A DNA stretch of 64,000 bases from Lama glama (GCA_028534125.1 CM052832.1:19656001-19720000), one strand, 5' to 3'; counted from the stretch's first letter, positions 25,145-39,610 are shown. Translations and numbers: made by a program. The notes: generated from the sequence alone by a model not told the origin.

Positions 25145-26542
25145 ATACAAATTTTATTTTTTAATTGATTTTTTTGAGATAATTGTAGATTCACATGAAG
25201 TTGTAAGAAATAATACAAAGAGATCTCATGTGCCTTTTACCCAGTGTTCCCTAATAGGAAACATCCTGAAAAACTATGTTATAGTATCACAACTGAAGTA
25301 TTGGCATTGATACAGTCAAGATGCAGAACATTTCCATCACCACAAGGCTCTTTCCTGGTACCTTTTATAACCATATCCACTTCCCGTCCCCACCCCTCCT
25401 TAACCATTGGCAACCACTATCTGTCCTCCTTTTCTGTAATTCTATTAATTTAAAAAAATGTTATCTAAATATTTTATATGATTCATGAATCACAGTATGT
25501 AATGTTTTCGGATTGACTATTTTTTCCCACTCAATATAATTCTCGGGAGATTAATCCAAGTTATTACATGTAATAATAGTTTGTTCTTTTTTATTGTTAA
25601 GTATTATTCCATGGTATAGGAGTATCGTAGTTTAATGGTTCATCCCTTGAAAGATAACTCAGTTGTTTAAAGTTTTTGACTATTAAAAAAATAAAGCTGC
25701 TATAAATATTCATGTACAGGTTTTTGTGTGAACATAAGTCTTTGTTTCTCTAGGATAATTGCTCAGGAGTGTAACTGAAGGGTTGTATAGTAGTTACATG
25801 TTTAATTTTGTGAAAAACTGCCAAACTGTTTCCAGAGTAATCTTACTGTTTTATAGTCCACCAACAATGTATGAGTTTCTCCATTTCCTTGCTAGCATTT
25901 GATGTTACTGTTTTTTTGTTTTTAAGTCATTCTGCTAGTATGCAGTGGTATAAAATTGTAGTTTTGATTTGCATTTCCTTGATGGCTAATGATGTAAAAA
26001 GTCTTTTCATATGCTTATTTGCCATCTATAGATCTTCTTCACAGAAATGTCACTTCCTGTCTTTTGCCCAGGTTTTGATTGGATTGCATTTGTTTGTTTA
26101 TTTGTTTGTTTGTTTTGTTTTTGGCTATTGAGTTTTGAGACTTTGGGTACTCCAAATACCAGTTCTTTGTCAAATGTATGGTTTTCAAATATTTTCTCCC
26201 AATTTGTAGCTTGTCTTTTCATCCTCTCAACAGACTGTTTCACAGGAAAAAAATTTCATTTTAATAAAGTTAAATTTATCAATCTTTCCTCTTACGGATT
26301 ATGCCTTTGCTGTTAAGAGTCTAAGAACTCTTTGCTTAGAGCTAGATCCCAAGGATTTTATCCTGCATTTTTTTCCTAAAATTTTTAGAGCTTTACACTT
26401 TATATTTAAGCCTGTTATCCATTTAGAATTATTTTTTGTATGAAGTATAAAACTTAGGTTGAAGTTCAATTGTTTTGTTGTTGTGTGTGAATGTCTAATT
26501 GCTACAGCTTCAGTTGTTTTCTGAAAGGAGGTCATTTTTCCT
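25145..26542 (-). mobile_element. L1MC1-3-like 3' UTR plus ORF2 C-terminal region, truncated by the gap
   Basis: 'gagataattgtagattcacatg..gttgtaagaaataataca' L1MC 3' end; translations MKRQATNWEKIFENHTFDKELV and NSKWITGLNIK. Confidence 0.92.
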
Positions 26543-27042
26543 NNNNNNNNNNNNNNNNNNNNNNNNNNNNNNNNNNNNNNNNNNNNNNNNNNNNNNNNNN
26601 NNNNNNNNNNNNNNNNNNNNNNNNNNNNNNNNNNNNNNNNNNNNNNNNNNNNNNNNNNNNNNNNNNNNNNNNNNNNNNNNNNNNNNNNNNNNNNNNNNNN
26701 NNNNNNNNNNNNNNNNNNNNNNNNNNNNNNNNNNNNNNNNNNNNNNNNNNNNNNNNNNNNNNNNNNNNNNNNNNNNNNNNNNNNNNNNNNNNNNNNNNNN
26801 NNNNNNNNNNNNNNNNNNNNNNNNNNNNNNNNNNNNNNNNNNNNNNNNNNNNNNNNNNNNNNNNNNNNNNNNNNNNNNNNNNNNNNNNNNNNNNNNNNNN
26901 NNNNNNNNNNNNNNNNNNNNNNNNNNNNNNNNNNNNNNNNNNNNNNNNNNNNNNNNNNNNNNNNNNNNNNNNNNNNNNNNNNNNNNNNNNNNNNNNNNNN
27001 NNNNNNNNNNNNNNNNNNNNNNNNNNNNNNNNNNNNNNNNNN
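26543..27042. other. Assembly gap (500 N)
   Basis: Run of N. Confidence 1.
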
Positions 27043-30000
27043 CTACTGGACGATGGCTCTTTCTCATCCCTTTCTGAAATTACTTTGCCTCCCTGTTAAT
27101 CTCAATCCTACATTTCTGCTTACTCTGATTTATTTAGTATTTCTCACATTGGGGTCCAAGGACTTTATATTTGTAGATATATTTGGAGGAGTTAATAAGT
27201 TTTATGAGAATTTAAAAATTTGTGCTCCATTTTGATTGCAATGTTACAAAATTATTTTGCCATTTCAGAATAAAATCTTGAGGTTTTTTGCTGTGAATAT
27301 TAAAAAAATTAAAAGGTATTTTCCTAGAATAGAGAGAGCTTAAGTACTTATGCCAGTACTTCACAAACTAGAATACATAGGTTATTTCTTCCTTTTTTTC
27401 CCCTGTAGATGGGTCTCCAGATGTCCCAAATTTTGAGAAACATTTGACTGGACAGCAGCCAAGCAAAATAGTGAGCTAGAAGTGAGAGGCTGTATGATAC
27501 AATAGTGATCGATGATCAGAAAGCAAATTGTAGCTTGATAAATTACTATAATGGGCAAAATTGGAATCATATCAAATTATTTTTCTAAAGGCTAAAAATG
27601 ACATCACACAGACAGATAATTAAAATAAAGCAAAAGATGACTAAGACCATGACAGGAAGTATAGAAATAGCAAAAAATATTGAATAACAACTAGATATTT
27701 AAGACATGACCTTTATTCAACCTAAAGCTTACTTTGCTTCATCAATAAATGTCTCATACAAAAGAAAGAGAGGAATCACTTTTCTTAAACCTTAGAACAG
27801 AAGCCCAAAGATGAGCATATTTATTGAAAATATAACAATGAATCTCTCAAAAGACAGGGAAACAAGCCATATGGGTGAACCCATTTTTTAGGGGGAAGCA
27901 GACACTGTGCAATGTTTCACTTGATTAAATATTAAAGATGTTTTCTCACCACTCATGCATCAAGAGTGCTTGAGTTTTCATTTGGCCTTTAACTACCAGC
28001 TACCACCACTCTCCTTGCTGGCATTTTCTTGGCTGGCTTCTAGCTGGCAGATCTACCTTCCAGCTTTCCTATTGCCGTGAAAGTTTTCTAACTTTTGGAA
28101 TCAAGTGCTGAAGCTGCAGTTTCCTAGGGTTAGGAAGCCAAGCCAGTTCCTCACTGATCAGAGCTTGTAACTCCCATTATAGCTCACGGGGACTCCGGGA
28201 GGCACTTTAAAATAGAATAGGCTCCCAAAGGAGTGTTTGTTTCTTGCTCCTTTATCCATTGAATGCCCCATTTAAAAGTAAAGTAAGGAATAAGTTTTTT
28301 TTTTCCCCTCTAATCTCTTAAAGATCCACACCTTTTATTTATACTTTGATAGTCTCTGAGTGAGAGCATTGCAGAGATCTTGGAAAAAATGGATTGCTAT
28401 CTGATTAGCAAGGGAGCAGGGAATATGGCTTTAAATTTCTTTTAACATCTTTGCTCTCAAATTGGTAAGTATGCAGCTTCTCTCTCTGGAGGGCAACCCA
28501 AAACATCAATCCTCAGCATCCCTGTAACATTTGCAGTGTGCAAGTGGTGTCAGAGTGTTGGCGGCTGGAAATCTGTTACTATGGTTACCACCTATAAAAA
28601 GGTCACCTTCAGGAAATTCTTTCTGTGTGCAAGATAATATAGGGATAATGAAACTTCCTTTGGAGGGGATAAAGAACAGAGTTTGTTATGTAGCCCTGTA
28701 ATTACCTACGTGGCTTTGGAACTCTGTATATTGTAATCAGTGCTCTGTATTTCAATAAGATGAACTGCATCAACCAGGTGTTATCTAAGGTAGGGTTCCA
28801 TAATAACACCAGCAATAACGTCCTGATGGCAAAGTAAGCTGTGGTGATGGAGGGACTGTAGTTTTTTTCCTTCAGTGCGCAGTTTATTTTCTCCACTGCA
28901 AATTACTTAAGTCAACCAATAATCATCCAAGGAAAGGAACTCTTTCTTGAGAAGGATTAGGCTTCTTGTAACTACTAAAAAGAGTATTTGGCTGCATTGT
29001 GCAATGTATTCTCAGTCAGATATGACTGAAATCTCTGAAACAATAGTGAAATTTCAACTTCTGAAATCTGGGAACCCTTTACATTTTCATCCTATCAAGT
29101 ATCTGCATGGTCTCTGTCTGTCGTTAGAGATTTAGTCCAGTATTTCCCACTGAGAGGTTTATCACCACTTTCAAACTTCCTACTATGTCCATCAGATTTG
29201 CTTTTGGCCACAGTTAAAAATCTGGTGATGATAAAGTTTGGTATCTATGAGTTCATGAACCGAAGGAAGAAGCTTAAGTCCCCTGTTCGTGGATGCAGAA
29301 CCTCTCCATTGAATTATGGCTTTTGTGCATCTGCCTGGGCTGCTGTCTGTAGTCTGCCTCTATGAAATACACCCTCTGCAAAAGCTGGTCTCACTTACTG
29401 CCTCCACATGGCTGCATGAACAGGTAAAGGAATGTTTTGGGAATCAGTGATGTGGATGCACCTTTTCCCTTTGCAACTACAACTAAATAAGCAAAAACGT
29501 CACTTTGGGAGAGGAACTTTTCCCTGTGTCATTTTTTAGAAATCTAGGTTGTCAAGTATGTAAAAGATCCCATATTCATAGGAGAATTCCTTTTGTTGAG
29601 TTTTAGGGCAATTCTGTTCTTGCCCAGAAAGCAATACAGACCTTGACAATTCTTGAAAATCAGAGACTGGTATATGAATGCAAAACTGCACACTCCAGTC
29701 ATTGGGCAGTGTTTCATTTACTATGTAAAACTCTGAAATACATAAAGCATGAATATTATTTTACTGTTTTCTGACTCCAGAGTTTCAAGAAGGGCCTTTC
29801 CCCCCCCCCCGAAATAGTTCAAAAATTACTATTTTTCCTAAAAATTCTCATTTCCATACCTCCAGGGTTTCTACCAAAGAATATCCTTGTAACCTGAAGA
29901 CAGGATAAATCCTAGGGGCCTAGATGTAATATATGGAGAGAAACACATTTGCAAAGGCCTGCCACCAGCTGTCTTTTTGCTCATGGACTTGGATAGCAGT

Positions 30001-31521
30001 GGGATGATAGGATGAGAGGAAAGGATCTCAAAGGAATGACTTGAAACCCCATATCCTTAGAAGTTGAATCTAATGTTTGAGCAAGCCATTTCTCCCTTGA
30101 ATCTTCACACAGCAGAACTGGTATTTCCACATATTCAATGCTTGTCTGGAAAGTTTTTGCAGTTCCCAGTACAAACACCACAATTCTTCACTTTCTTCTT
30201 CTTTTTCCTCATCATCACAGAGTTTTACTATAATTGAGTAGGCTTTTATTTATTCAGAGGTCATTAACTAGTCATTTCAACCATTTAGAACCAATGGGAA
30301 TATAACTGAGAAACACTAAATAAGTTTAAAATGTGTATGGAAACAATGGATACTGTAAAACGCCAGGCACCGAAGCAAACCCTTCAAGTTCTTGCTTAGA
30401 TTCTATTATGCATTTATGTTTTCTGAAAACCCAGATGCCCTCGTCATTTTAGATCAGAAGCAAATGACGTAGAGGCATGAAATTATAGCTACTAGAAACA
30501 AATATGAGGAAAGCAATAGCCAGTAAGAACAGGTATCTGAAATGTGAGGGAATCAAAGAAAACTACAAAAAAAAAAACATGAGCCCCAAAAGTAACTTGA
30601 GGCCATTTAGTAAAGGGACAAAAGACTTGAAACAATACAATACCTCTTGAGGACACCACTTTTTAAGTGACGGATGAATAATGATAAATTTGAATGAAGA
30701 AAAAAACTATTTTATTTCTTTTGTGTAAAACACATTGTTACTTTTGTTTCCTAGGTCTACTTAAGAATTTAAACAAAGAAATATATATATATATAATTTA
30801 TTTTAAAAATTCCATTAAAAATATAGTCTAAAAATCACATGAGATAAATCTTATGTATCTGAGAACATTTCTTATGTGAATTATTTACCTATTTGTGCTG
30901 GAGGCATAAGTTTCCCACCCCAAAATTAGAATTAGTGAAGAAGTAATTCATGAAGAAGGGTGGCACTATTGGCTTTCTCTTCCCCTTAAGTCCCTAAATA
31001 ATAAAATATATTTTTCCATATTTTTTAAGATTTCAAGTTCCTTGTAATCAAGACCACTGTGATAGTGTTTGGGAAACAATTGTTGGAGTAAAATAGGACA
31101 AGCGCTTAGATTATGTTCCACTTCTTACGTTTGCATCATAATCCCTCTTACCTGTCTATGGCACTACCCTTGCCATGGGGACCCAGTAGAAATCCGTGAA
31201 GGCTGTCAGAACCGTAGCAGGTTGAATGTGTGAGTATGGTTGAACACGTGGGCTTGAGTATGATGGCAGACGCTGTCAACAATGATTCGGCAAAAACAAT
31301 CACCCCCAGCCACAAAACACACACCCCAGCCTGTGCTCCCCTGGGTTTCAGAGTTCTACATGGCTGACTTTGGGAACTGCTTGTGCCTTGGAAAATTTTC
31401 TAGCCTTACCACTTACTAAATTTGCACCTGGTTCTTTACAACCGCTGTCCATGCTCCTCAATGTCGGTACCAACCTGAACCACTTTATTCTTTTATCTTT
31501 TTTGACCCAGACTAGTATTTA

Positions 31522-31697
31522 TTTATCTACTTGCTTGAACCTATTTCACAAATTGAAGCATAGCTAATTTATAATATATTATTTTCAGGTGTTCAGCATA
31601 GTGATTCAGTATTTTGGCAGATTATACTCTATTATAAGTTATTACAAGATAATGGTTGTAATTCCCTGTGTTACACAATATATCCTTTTTGCTTTGT
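31522..31697 (-). mobile_element. Short 5'-truncated L1 3' UTR with 11-bp TSD
   Basis: 'ttcaggtgttcagcatagtgattcagtatttt...ttattacaagataatg...ttccctgtg' L1 3' end; TSD ACTAGTATTTA at 31511-31521 and 31698-31708. Confidence 0.88.
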
Positions 31698-31949
31698 ACT
31701 AGTATTTAGAGATTAAATGGATTTCAGTCACCTTAGGTCATACATATCCCAATCTCCATCTTATCTAATCGGTGCTGTCTTCAGGCATGGCATGGAGGAG
31801 AAAATAGAGGACTATTCACATTACACTGAGGGCACTTCTAAATGTGATAAGAGTAGCAATAATAGGAACAATATAAAATAAATACGAAAAACTCAATAAC
31901 AAAAGGGAAACAAAAATTCTACTCAATGTTAAACAAAACGTTCTAAACA

Positions 31950-32160
31950 GTACACACAGGTCACTCTGTTTCTGATACTAACTATTCTATATCCATTATC
32001 TAATTTAATATTCCTACATCCCTGTGAACTATTATTATTATTATCATCACCCTCTTAGAGATCGAGAAGCTTTTCAAGGAGCACTTAAGCTACTTGCCCA
32101 AGCATGCTAAGTAACAGCAAAGGGATGCAAGCCTGAATGGGACTTACCATTTTTAACAGT
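31950..32160 (-). mobile_element. MIR SINE
   Basis: 'cattatctaatttaatattcctacatccctgtga...attattatcatcacc...tacttgcccaag'. Confidence 0.6.
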
Positions 32161-32959
32161 GTTTTTTCCAGAAGTAACTGAGTCTGGAGACCACCTGACT
32201 AAGTTCACTGACCAGAAGCTAACAGAACACCTTTCCAGCATCTTTAGATACATCAATTAATGAATAATAATCTTTATAGCAAATTTCTGTCCCCATACTG
32301 ATACGTAGGCTTCATGCTTCACCATGAGGACTTTACAAATATAATTTTCTTAAATACTTTTAAATTATATAAGTATTAAAATTTATAATACTAAAGAGAA
32401 CTATTTCATAATGAAAATATGTAAGCATACAGTTTGTGTTTATACTTTACTAAAAATTCTTGTGCAACTGAAAGAATGACTTTCCACATGATTTGTTCTG
32501 CCTTCTAATATTAATAATTGATTTCAGACTTCTCAGGGTACTCGTGAGGTAAAAGTTCTCATAGGAGGACAGTCACATCTAATTCTTGTATATATCGTAT
32601 GTTTTCTTTTTAAAAAAAAATAGAAATGGGAAGGTAAGTGATACCATATCACCTAAAAAATAGGTTGCAGCATGGAGAATTGTTGTTTTGATGCTTGAGA
32701 AACTTTTTCATGCTTAAGAGGGGATCATTGGCACGATGCTAATTTGACTGGCGTATGAAGGCATCAAGATTATAGGCAGCTGAATACTACATTGCCCATG
32801 TTAGAGAGCAAAAAAAAAAGGAGAAAGGAATGGTTAAGTTGATGCCTACTACTATAGAAAGCAAGTGTTTGGATGACATAGCAAGTTGTCATTCACAGAT
32901 TGCAAATGTTCTAGAATAAACACTTCTAACAATTCATCAACTCCCGTGGAGAAAGGACT

Positions 32960-33130
32960 GGGCAGGGGTCATACGAACTGGATTCTGGTCCTGTTGTAGT
33001 CTCTGCGAAAGACTACTTAGGTGACCATGGCAAATCTCACATTTTTATGCCTTCACTTTTCTTTTTGGTAAAAGTAGGGATAATTAAGATAGTCTTGCAA
33101 ATTCCTTCACATTCTAAAGTTCTACAATTA
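32960..33130 (+). mobile_element. MIR3/MIRc-like SINE
   Basis: 'ctggattctggtcctg...gtgaccatggcaaatc...gtaaaagtagggataatt...ttccttcacattctaaagttcta'. Confidence 0.6.
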
Positions 33131-33259
33131 AAACAAAGATGACTTTAAATATTAACTTAAAAATTAGTCTAGTTGACACAACTAGAGTAGAACCAAAAGT
33201 ATTTTTACAGTTTACTTTAAGACACTATAGTTTAAAAAATATTCTAACTAGTGGATGTC

Positions 33260-33480
33260 AGTATAGGAAGATGGAAACAGGCCCAGCACTGCTTTCAAGG
33301 TCACAGCTTTTGGGGTCAGAGAGACCTAAGTTTTCCTGTCCTCACTCAGTGCTTTGCTAGCTATGTGACTTTGGAAAATTTAATTTTCCTAAGCTTTAGT
33401 AAGAGATAAAGAGAAACATTTCTCTTCATATAGTGAAGAATGATTGAGACACACCATTAGAGATTAAACCTAGTGACCAT
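33260..33480 (+). mobile_element. MIR SINE
   Basis: 'ttttggggtcagagagacctaagtt...gctttgctagctatgtgactttggaaaatttaattttcctaagc'. Confidence 0.7.
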
Positions 33481-34599
33481 CCTTTCAGCTATCATAATGA
33501 GCATTAACTAAAAAGTCTAAAAAGCGTCCTCCTATTGTGTAGATAAAATCTTTTTCTACAAAAGTGTTGCTTAGATTTTCCAAGCAGGTATGGCCATAAC
33601 AATAAAAATGCTGGCAACTGCACTTCCTTTTGATTTGTTTCAAAAATGTGCTTGTGTGTGTCCTATCAACAGGTATCAAAAGTATGTGTTACAAGCAGGA
33701 TGTTGTCAGAGTAATTGTTATTGATGGGTGGCATGTATAGTTGTGATTCCTGTAACAAGGACTATGGTCTCCATAATGTTCTAGGCAAGCCCAGCTAGTC
33801 TAAGTGCAATTGGTTGAATGATAACATTCAGAATTGCTTTCTCTCTTTGAGAAAAGCACATAATAGTATTTTCAAAAGACAGCCGTCAAGTAAACGGTAT
33901 TTGTCTCCTTGAAAATATGAGGTTGACATCTCTGAAGGCTGGCATTATAGATTTATCACCAGAACAACTAAGGTTTGGTAAGAATAAGCGTCAATATTGC
34001 CTTGCTAATGTGCTTTACACTTGAATGATTAAATGTTCTAAACTGGCTAAAATGGCCAGGGTCTGAAAGTGTTTTACCTTTCTGAAAAATTTTTTATTTC
34101 TCTTTTCTTCTGGAATATACTATTTGTACAAAGTCATAGTTCTGTGGACTGTTTTAGACAACCATTTCATTGTATGAAAAGCCTCTTAACATTTGCCCAA
34201 CTAAAATCATTGCTTCTGTTCTTAGAGTGCTCAGCCTGGCCAAGAATTCCTAAATGGGTGAGTTCCATTTCTCATTTCTCTTTTAAATTTCACATTGACA
34301 TTTCAAACTGTGTGTACAAATATCTTTATCTTGATATGGCATTTTTGTACATTGATTCTGTCATTATCTTAACTTATTTTAATTCTAATCCAGAAATCTT
34401 CAGAGGAACCAAAGTAGTATTAATTAATTCAAACAATTACACAAAGGCACGTGAAGCCTGTACTCAAAAAGTTATGATCTCCGCCTCCACTGAATCTAGA
34501 CTCCACAATAGTGGAGGGACTCCACAATAGTGAATTTCACTGTTTTGAATTATAAATTGAGGACATTTAAAATTTTTTCCTATTCAAAATTTTTCCAAA

Positions 34600-36940
34600 T
34601 TAAACATTATTTTAATTTTATCTTTCAGTCTGTTTATATTTATTGTTATCCATTTATGTGTAATTTTACCTTTATTTCTGTAACTGTCTGGTCTTATTGA
34701 TGTCACTTCATTTTATTGCTCTTTTATAGTATTAATCCTTTTTATTTTTTATAAATCATCTTTTCTTTGACTTTTTCTCCCAATATTTTGGAGTGCCTAT
34801 TTGCTATTCTTAAAAGCCTCTTTTAGTCTGCATTTTTTTCTCATTGCTGATCATGAATAAAATACATATTTTTTGAGTCTTCACCAAAGCAAGAAATTTC
34901 ATGTGTTTTTTGCCCCCTCCATTAATACTGTTTTATTTTTTAATCTGTCTTAAAATTCAGATTATTACTCAACTTAAATATTTTACTTAATGATTTTACT
35001 TTTTGAGAAATCGTATTTGGTTTTTCATTTACTCACCAGATTAAAATAATTATTTTGATCTAACTTGATGTTTAACCAGCTTTCATGCTCACTGTCCTTT
35101 CATACTCTGACTTCCCCTTCTTGAATGCAATTGTTTCCTTCATTCCAAGGTCAAAGTACATATCAGTTTTAAAAGTTTTCAAGGGTGAATATTTTCTGAA
35201 TCTTGAAAATATCTTCCTTTGCTTTTACACATTGTCTGGATATAAGGTTTATTAGTCTCAATCTTTCCTCTGAAAACTCTATAAAAATTGTTCCACTCTT
35301 TGTAGGCACTTTTACTTTTATTTGTTTGATTGCTTATAATATTTATTTGCTTGATTGCTTGTAGAATTCTTTATCTATAGCCATGTAATTTCAAATATTT
35401 ATCGTGGAGGTAGCTAATTATTTGGAGCAAGAATTTCTGGTCTATGTTTATAGGTCTTTTCTAAGTTTATGAAAGCATGCTCCTTTCTAAATCAGAAGGG
35501 AGAGATAAAGAATTTTCCTACTTCTTTATAAAGTCTCGTTAATGAAGAATCATGTGGCTATGTGTTGCGACCTACTTTGTGTGAGTTTCTTTCTATCTAG
35601 TTTAATTTGTTTCTGGAATAATTTATTTATTTATTTATCATTTATTTATTAATGTTAATAAATAAATCAATAACATATTATTTATTTATTTATTTTGATT
35701 TTCAGTGGTATTTTAACTCCCTTGTTTTCACTGTAATTCCCTAAGCATTTTAGTGGGCTTTTAGGAGCTGATAGGCAGACGTGATTTTCTAAAAAAGAAA
35801 TCTACAAATACTGAATATAAGTGACTTGTCAAAAGGCAGTCAGGATTAAAGAAATGAAAATTGTTGCATTTTTTAATCTCATGATGTCACGTTTCAAATC
35901 GAAGATCCAATAAAAGTTTAGGCTAAGTGTAGCATAAGTGATAAAGTGAGCCAAATGAACAGCAGAAGAATGCAGCTGTCAAATTAGCTCATCCCTCTAC
36001 CTACCCTCCATGTACCCTAATTATAACCACACAGGAAACCCTTCCTCTATTTACCATTCCCTGAGTCGATGTAGGTTTTCACATTCCCATCAACTCCTAT
36101 TATTCCTTAAAGGTGATGTACTTCTACCAGTATCTACTAGTAAACTTTTAAGAGTCACTAGAAGGTTAAAAATAATTGCATTTCCTATGAATCCCAAGAT
36201 GGGAAATAGCATTTTATTTTTTGTTATAGTAAACTTTCTTAAAAGATCAAAAATTTTCAAAGCAAAAACAATCACTTTTTTTCCAGGGGGAAAATAAATA
36301 GATGACTATTCATACCATCATCAATTAGGGAGCTACTTCTTCAGATTTACATTTATGCCAAGAATAATAGAAGAAATTGGTAAAATAATCTCACATAAAT
36401 TAAAATCTGCACTCTCACTCCTAAGGTTAGTCGTGTCTCTTAGTGTGTGGCCCTTCTGGATTCTCAGTCAAAAGTGCAGGTGTTTATCAACATCTCTCCT
36501 GGCTGGCTGAGTCTGAACTTCAACTTTTTTTGGGCACTAGGTGGCACCTGAAATCACTGCTCAGATCTCCAGGCAACCAGTGGCCCTTCTCTGCTGGACT
36601 TGGCATCTTGTGCTGCTTGTGTGTAGCTTTGATGGGGGTCTTAAACCCCAGCGGAATTTTTATGCCAATATTAATGGATTCTTTCTGCAGTTCCTCCCCT
36701 CTAATACCCTATCCTTCTAATCTTTCTAATCTCAGCTGCATGGCAGCACCTAACTCTGATCTATGTCTCTCCCACTGAATTAGAATACCTCTCTTTGCCC
36801 TCAGGACAGCTGGGTAATGGGATTTGGAAAACATCTCCTGTATGTCCCTGCCCAATGCCTGCAAACTATTGTTTTATATATATTGTTCAGTTTTTATGGT
36901 TGTTTATGGCAGTAGTTAAGTTCTATATCAGCTATTTCTG
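34600..36940 (-). mobile_element. Degraded old L1M (ORF1/5' region) fragments
   Basis: T-rich antisense L1-like phrases such as 'gaatattttctgaatcttgaaaatatc...ctggatataagg...ttgttccactctt'; boundaries poorly defined. Confidence 0.45.
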
Positions 36941-36944
36941 AAAA

Positions 36945-37255
36945 ACTTTCCCTGAGCATGAACTTATAATATTACTATAACCTTGCCCACTATTTTTCAT
37001 CATTCTTTTATCATACTATTCTGTTCTTTGTTTTAATAACCCACATCGCTATCTGAAATTTTCTCAATTATTTAATTGTTTGTTTGTTTGTTTCCTTATT
37101 CATCTTCTGTCTTCCCCAGTGGAATGTAAGTTACATGAGCTCCATCTCCATGGATTATGAGATCTCCTCTGTCCTGTTAAATGCAATAGCTTCACAGCTA
37201 ATAGACTCTCTGGCATGTAGGAGACACTAAAGAAATATTTGTTGAATGAATGTTC
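36945..37255 (+). mobile_element. L2 3' end
   Basis: 'ctgtcttccccagtggaatgtaagttacatgag...tctggcatgtaggagacactaaagaaatatttgttgaatgaatg'. Confidence 0.85.
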
Positions 37256-38099
37256 ATTATTTTATTTTGACTAATAAGTATCATCTAAAATTGCATAAAT
37301 TTGAATTCTAAACTAGATAAGCAAGCTAACTTCAAGATCTGTCATATCCATGTATTGAAGACAGAGTGAAAAAAAAACTTGTTTTCATTTCCTTTCCAGT
37401 CCACATTGGAGAATAATATTTTATATAAGGGGTTAAATCTTCTTGAAATACATAAACACTTATATTTTTATTTCTTTAAAAAATTGATTAAAGGTCATTT
37501 CCTTGCACAGCTAGTCTGTGTCACTTTTACAATATGAAGTATCTCTTTAACTTCATAACTAATACTTTGTATTTTAGTTTTTCTTATTCCCCTCAAATTT
37601 GGGGGGACATGAAAGTAGCTTTGTGAGAACCATATGGAAGCGCACTGTCATGATTCTCCCCTGTGCTTTGTTTGTTGTATCTTTGCATATGTGTAAAGAT
37701 TTGTAGACGAAACACTGTATAGATAGTCTGGCTGAAAACATAAAACCTCTCTGGCCCGCAGAGGGGAATAATAAATCAGGGATATTAAAATCTTCCTACA
37801 GTGCATTTCTTATGTCAGAAAGATACAAGCCAGCATAAAGACCCTTCTCATTGAGAGAATGCTCCTAGATCGGTGTGCAGCTAGAAATTTTAATAGGGAA
37901 CATCATCTTTTGGTAATAAAAGGTGTTAATAAAGAACAAGATAGCACAGATTAGTTTGTTCTGTTCTTTCTCTGGAAGAAAAAGTTCCTGGAACAGAGTC
38001 TTTGTGAATAGGCTACATGGAATTGCTGACAAAGCCTAGATAATTGCAAATGAATGAAAATGAATACAAACCTCCCTTTAAAAGGAGTAATTCATTAAA

Positions 38100-38500
38100 T
38101 GGAGGGGGACCATGGATACTGAATGGAAGATAAGGTATTGGGATAAACATAATGGAATACAATATAATGTAATGCTTATAAATTATAGATTATAGAATGG
38201 AATGGATGGTTTTGGTGGCATTGAAGAACCTATGAAAGAAAAAGGTGACTTAAGATCTTGATCTTCCAACTCAAGACTAAGATGGGGAAAGAAAAAGCCT
38301 TATGGTGAGCATAAAGGAAAAGGCAATTATGAATGACTGAGATCAGAAAGACCTGATTTATTTTTTTCTTTTAAACTATGTTTTAGGTTGGAACATTAGT
38401 TAGGAAGACTGGGACCCTGAAGTTTATAATGTGGATATATAGAAATACTTAGAAGAGAATGAGGCATTTCAACCCTTTAATCTATCTGAAATCTATTTGC
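38100..38500 (+). mobile_element. Possible CR1/L3 LINE remnant
   Basis: Weak similarity to the CR1 RT C-terminal region ('aacataatggaatacaatataatgtaatg...tatagaatgg...gaaaaaggtgacttaagatcttgat'). Confidence 0.35.
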
Positions 38501-39429
38501 TAGTGGAAGCATCACTTCCTACCCTTCTCAGGAATCAACCATCCTTTATATAAAACACTGGGACAGTCAACTTATAAGCAAAGTGACACCTATTCTACTA
38601 TGGATTCTCACCCATAATGTTCTTTCACCTAAAAATGTGAGTTTATGTAATCCCTTGAGAATGGTATTAAGAGCCATAATTTTGGGCATAAAGGAATTCA
38701 TATAATAGTTACTCCTGTACACAGCTACCAAAGGCCAAAAATACAAACACAAAGACAATCATTGTCATTACTAGATTTTCTTCTTTCCAAAAAGAAGTTG
38801 ATATTTGTGAAAAACATGAAAGTTTTTCTTCTCCCAAAAAGAAATTGATGTAATATTGGTTATAATCTCAACTCTAATTCCAGAAGGATATTCTATGTTC
38901 GTCTGAATTCAATGCATTAATTTTTGTTTAGAATTTAACTTACTTTGAATGGGTGTGATTAACCTAATCTCAGGCAAATTTCCAGAAGGGGAAGAAAGAA
39001 GCAGTTACTTGCTACTCTTTGAATTACTGCTTAATGATTTTCAGTTAAGGGGGTTCCCTTGGTTTATTTTGTGAAATATTTCTACCACACACTGTGGTTA
39101 GAGGGCATAGAATTTCCTTATGAAATGCTAACAAAGAATCCTGCATATTATAAATAAATAAGTCGAAGAGACCAAATTCATGAGATGATAAATTACAGTA
39201 AATGGCTTTATGCAAGAAACGTTTTTGTCATTTTAAATTTATTTTTTGAAATACTTAGGTATAATGTCAATTCTTAGCTCAAAATTATTTTTTTTTCTGA
39301 TGTGTACAAGAAGTAGAATTTTGTTATCCAAATGTAAACAAGCAAGAAGGAATATATTATAATTAACAAATGTGTTCTGCCTTGAGCTCTTTTGAAAAGC
39401 CTCTGTGAAGCTGATAAAGTATGTGTTTA

Positions 39430-39610
39430 TTAATTCAGTTTTTTTTCATATAACAAAACATTTATTGAGTCCTTTATATGTGTTTGGGGGATATTTAGAA
39501 ATAAATAAAGCATGGGCTCAACCTTCAAGGACTTTCAGGCTAGTAAAGGAGACAAAGTGTGTACATGTTAAGTATAAAATGGGTATAAGTAATAAGTGGT
39601 ATGAAAGAAC
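39430..39610 (-). mobile_element. L2 3' fragment
   Basis: 'aacatttattgagtcctttatatgtg...ccttcaaggactttcaggctagtaaaggagac'. Confidence 0.7.

Noticed and set aside
34069..34530. 153-aa plus-strand ORF
   Set aside because: GTG start, F/L/S-rich composition typical of AT-rich non-coding DNA, and no recognisable domain.
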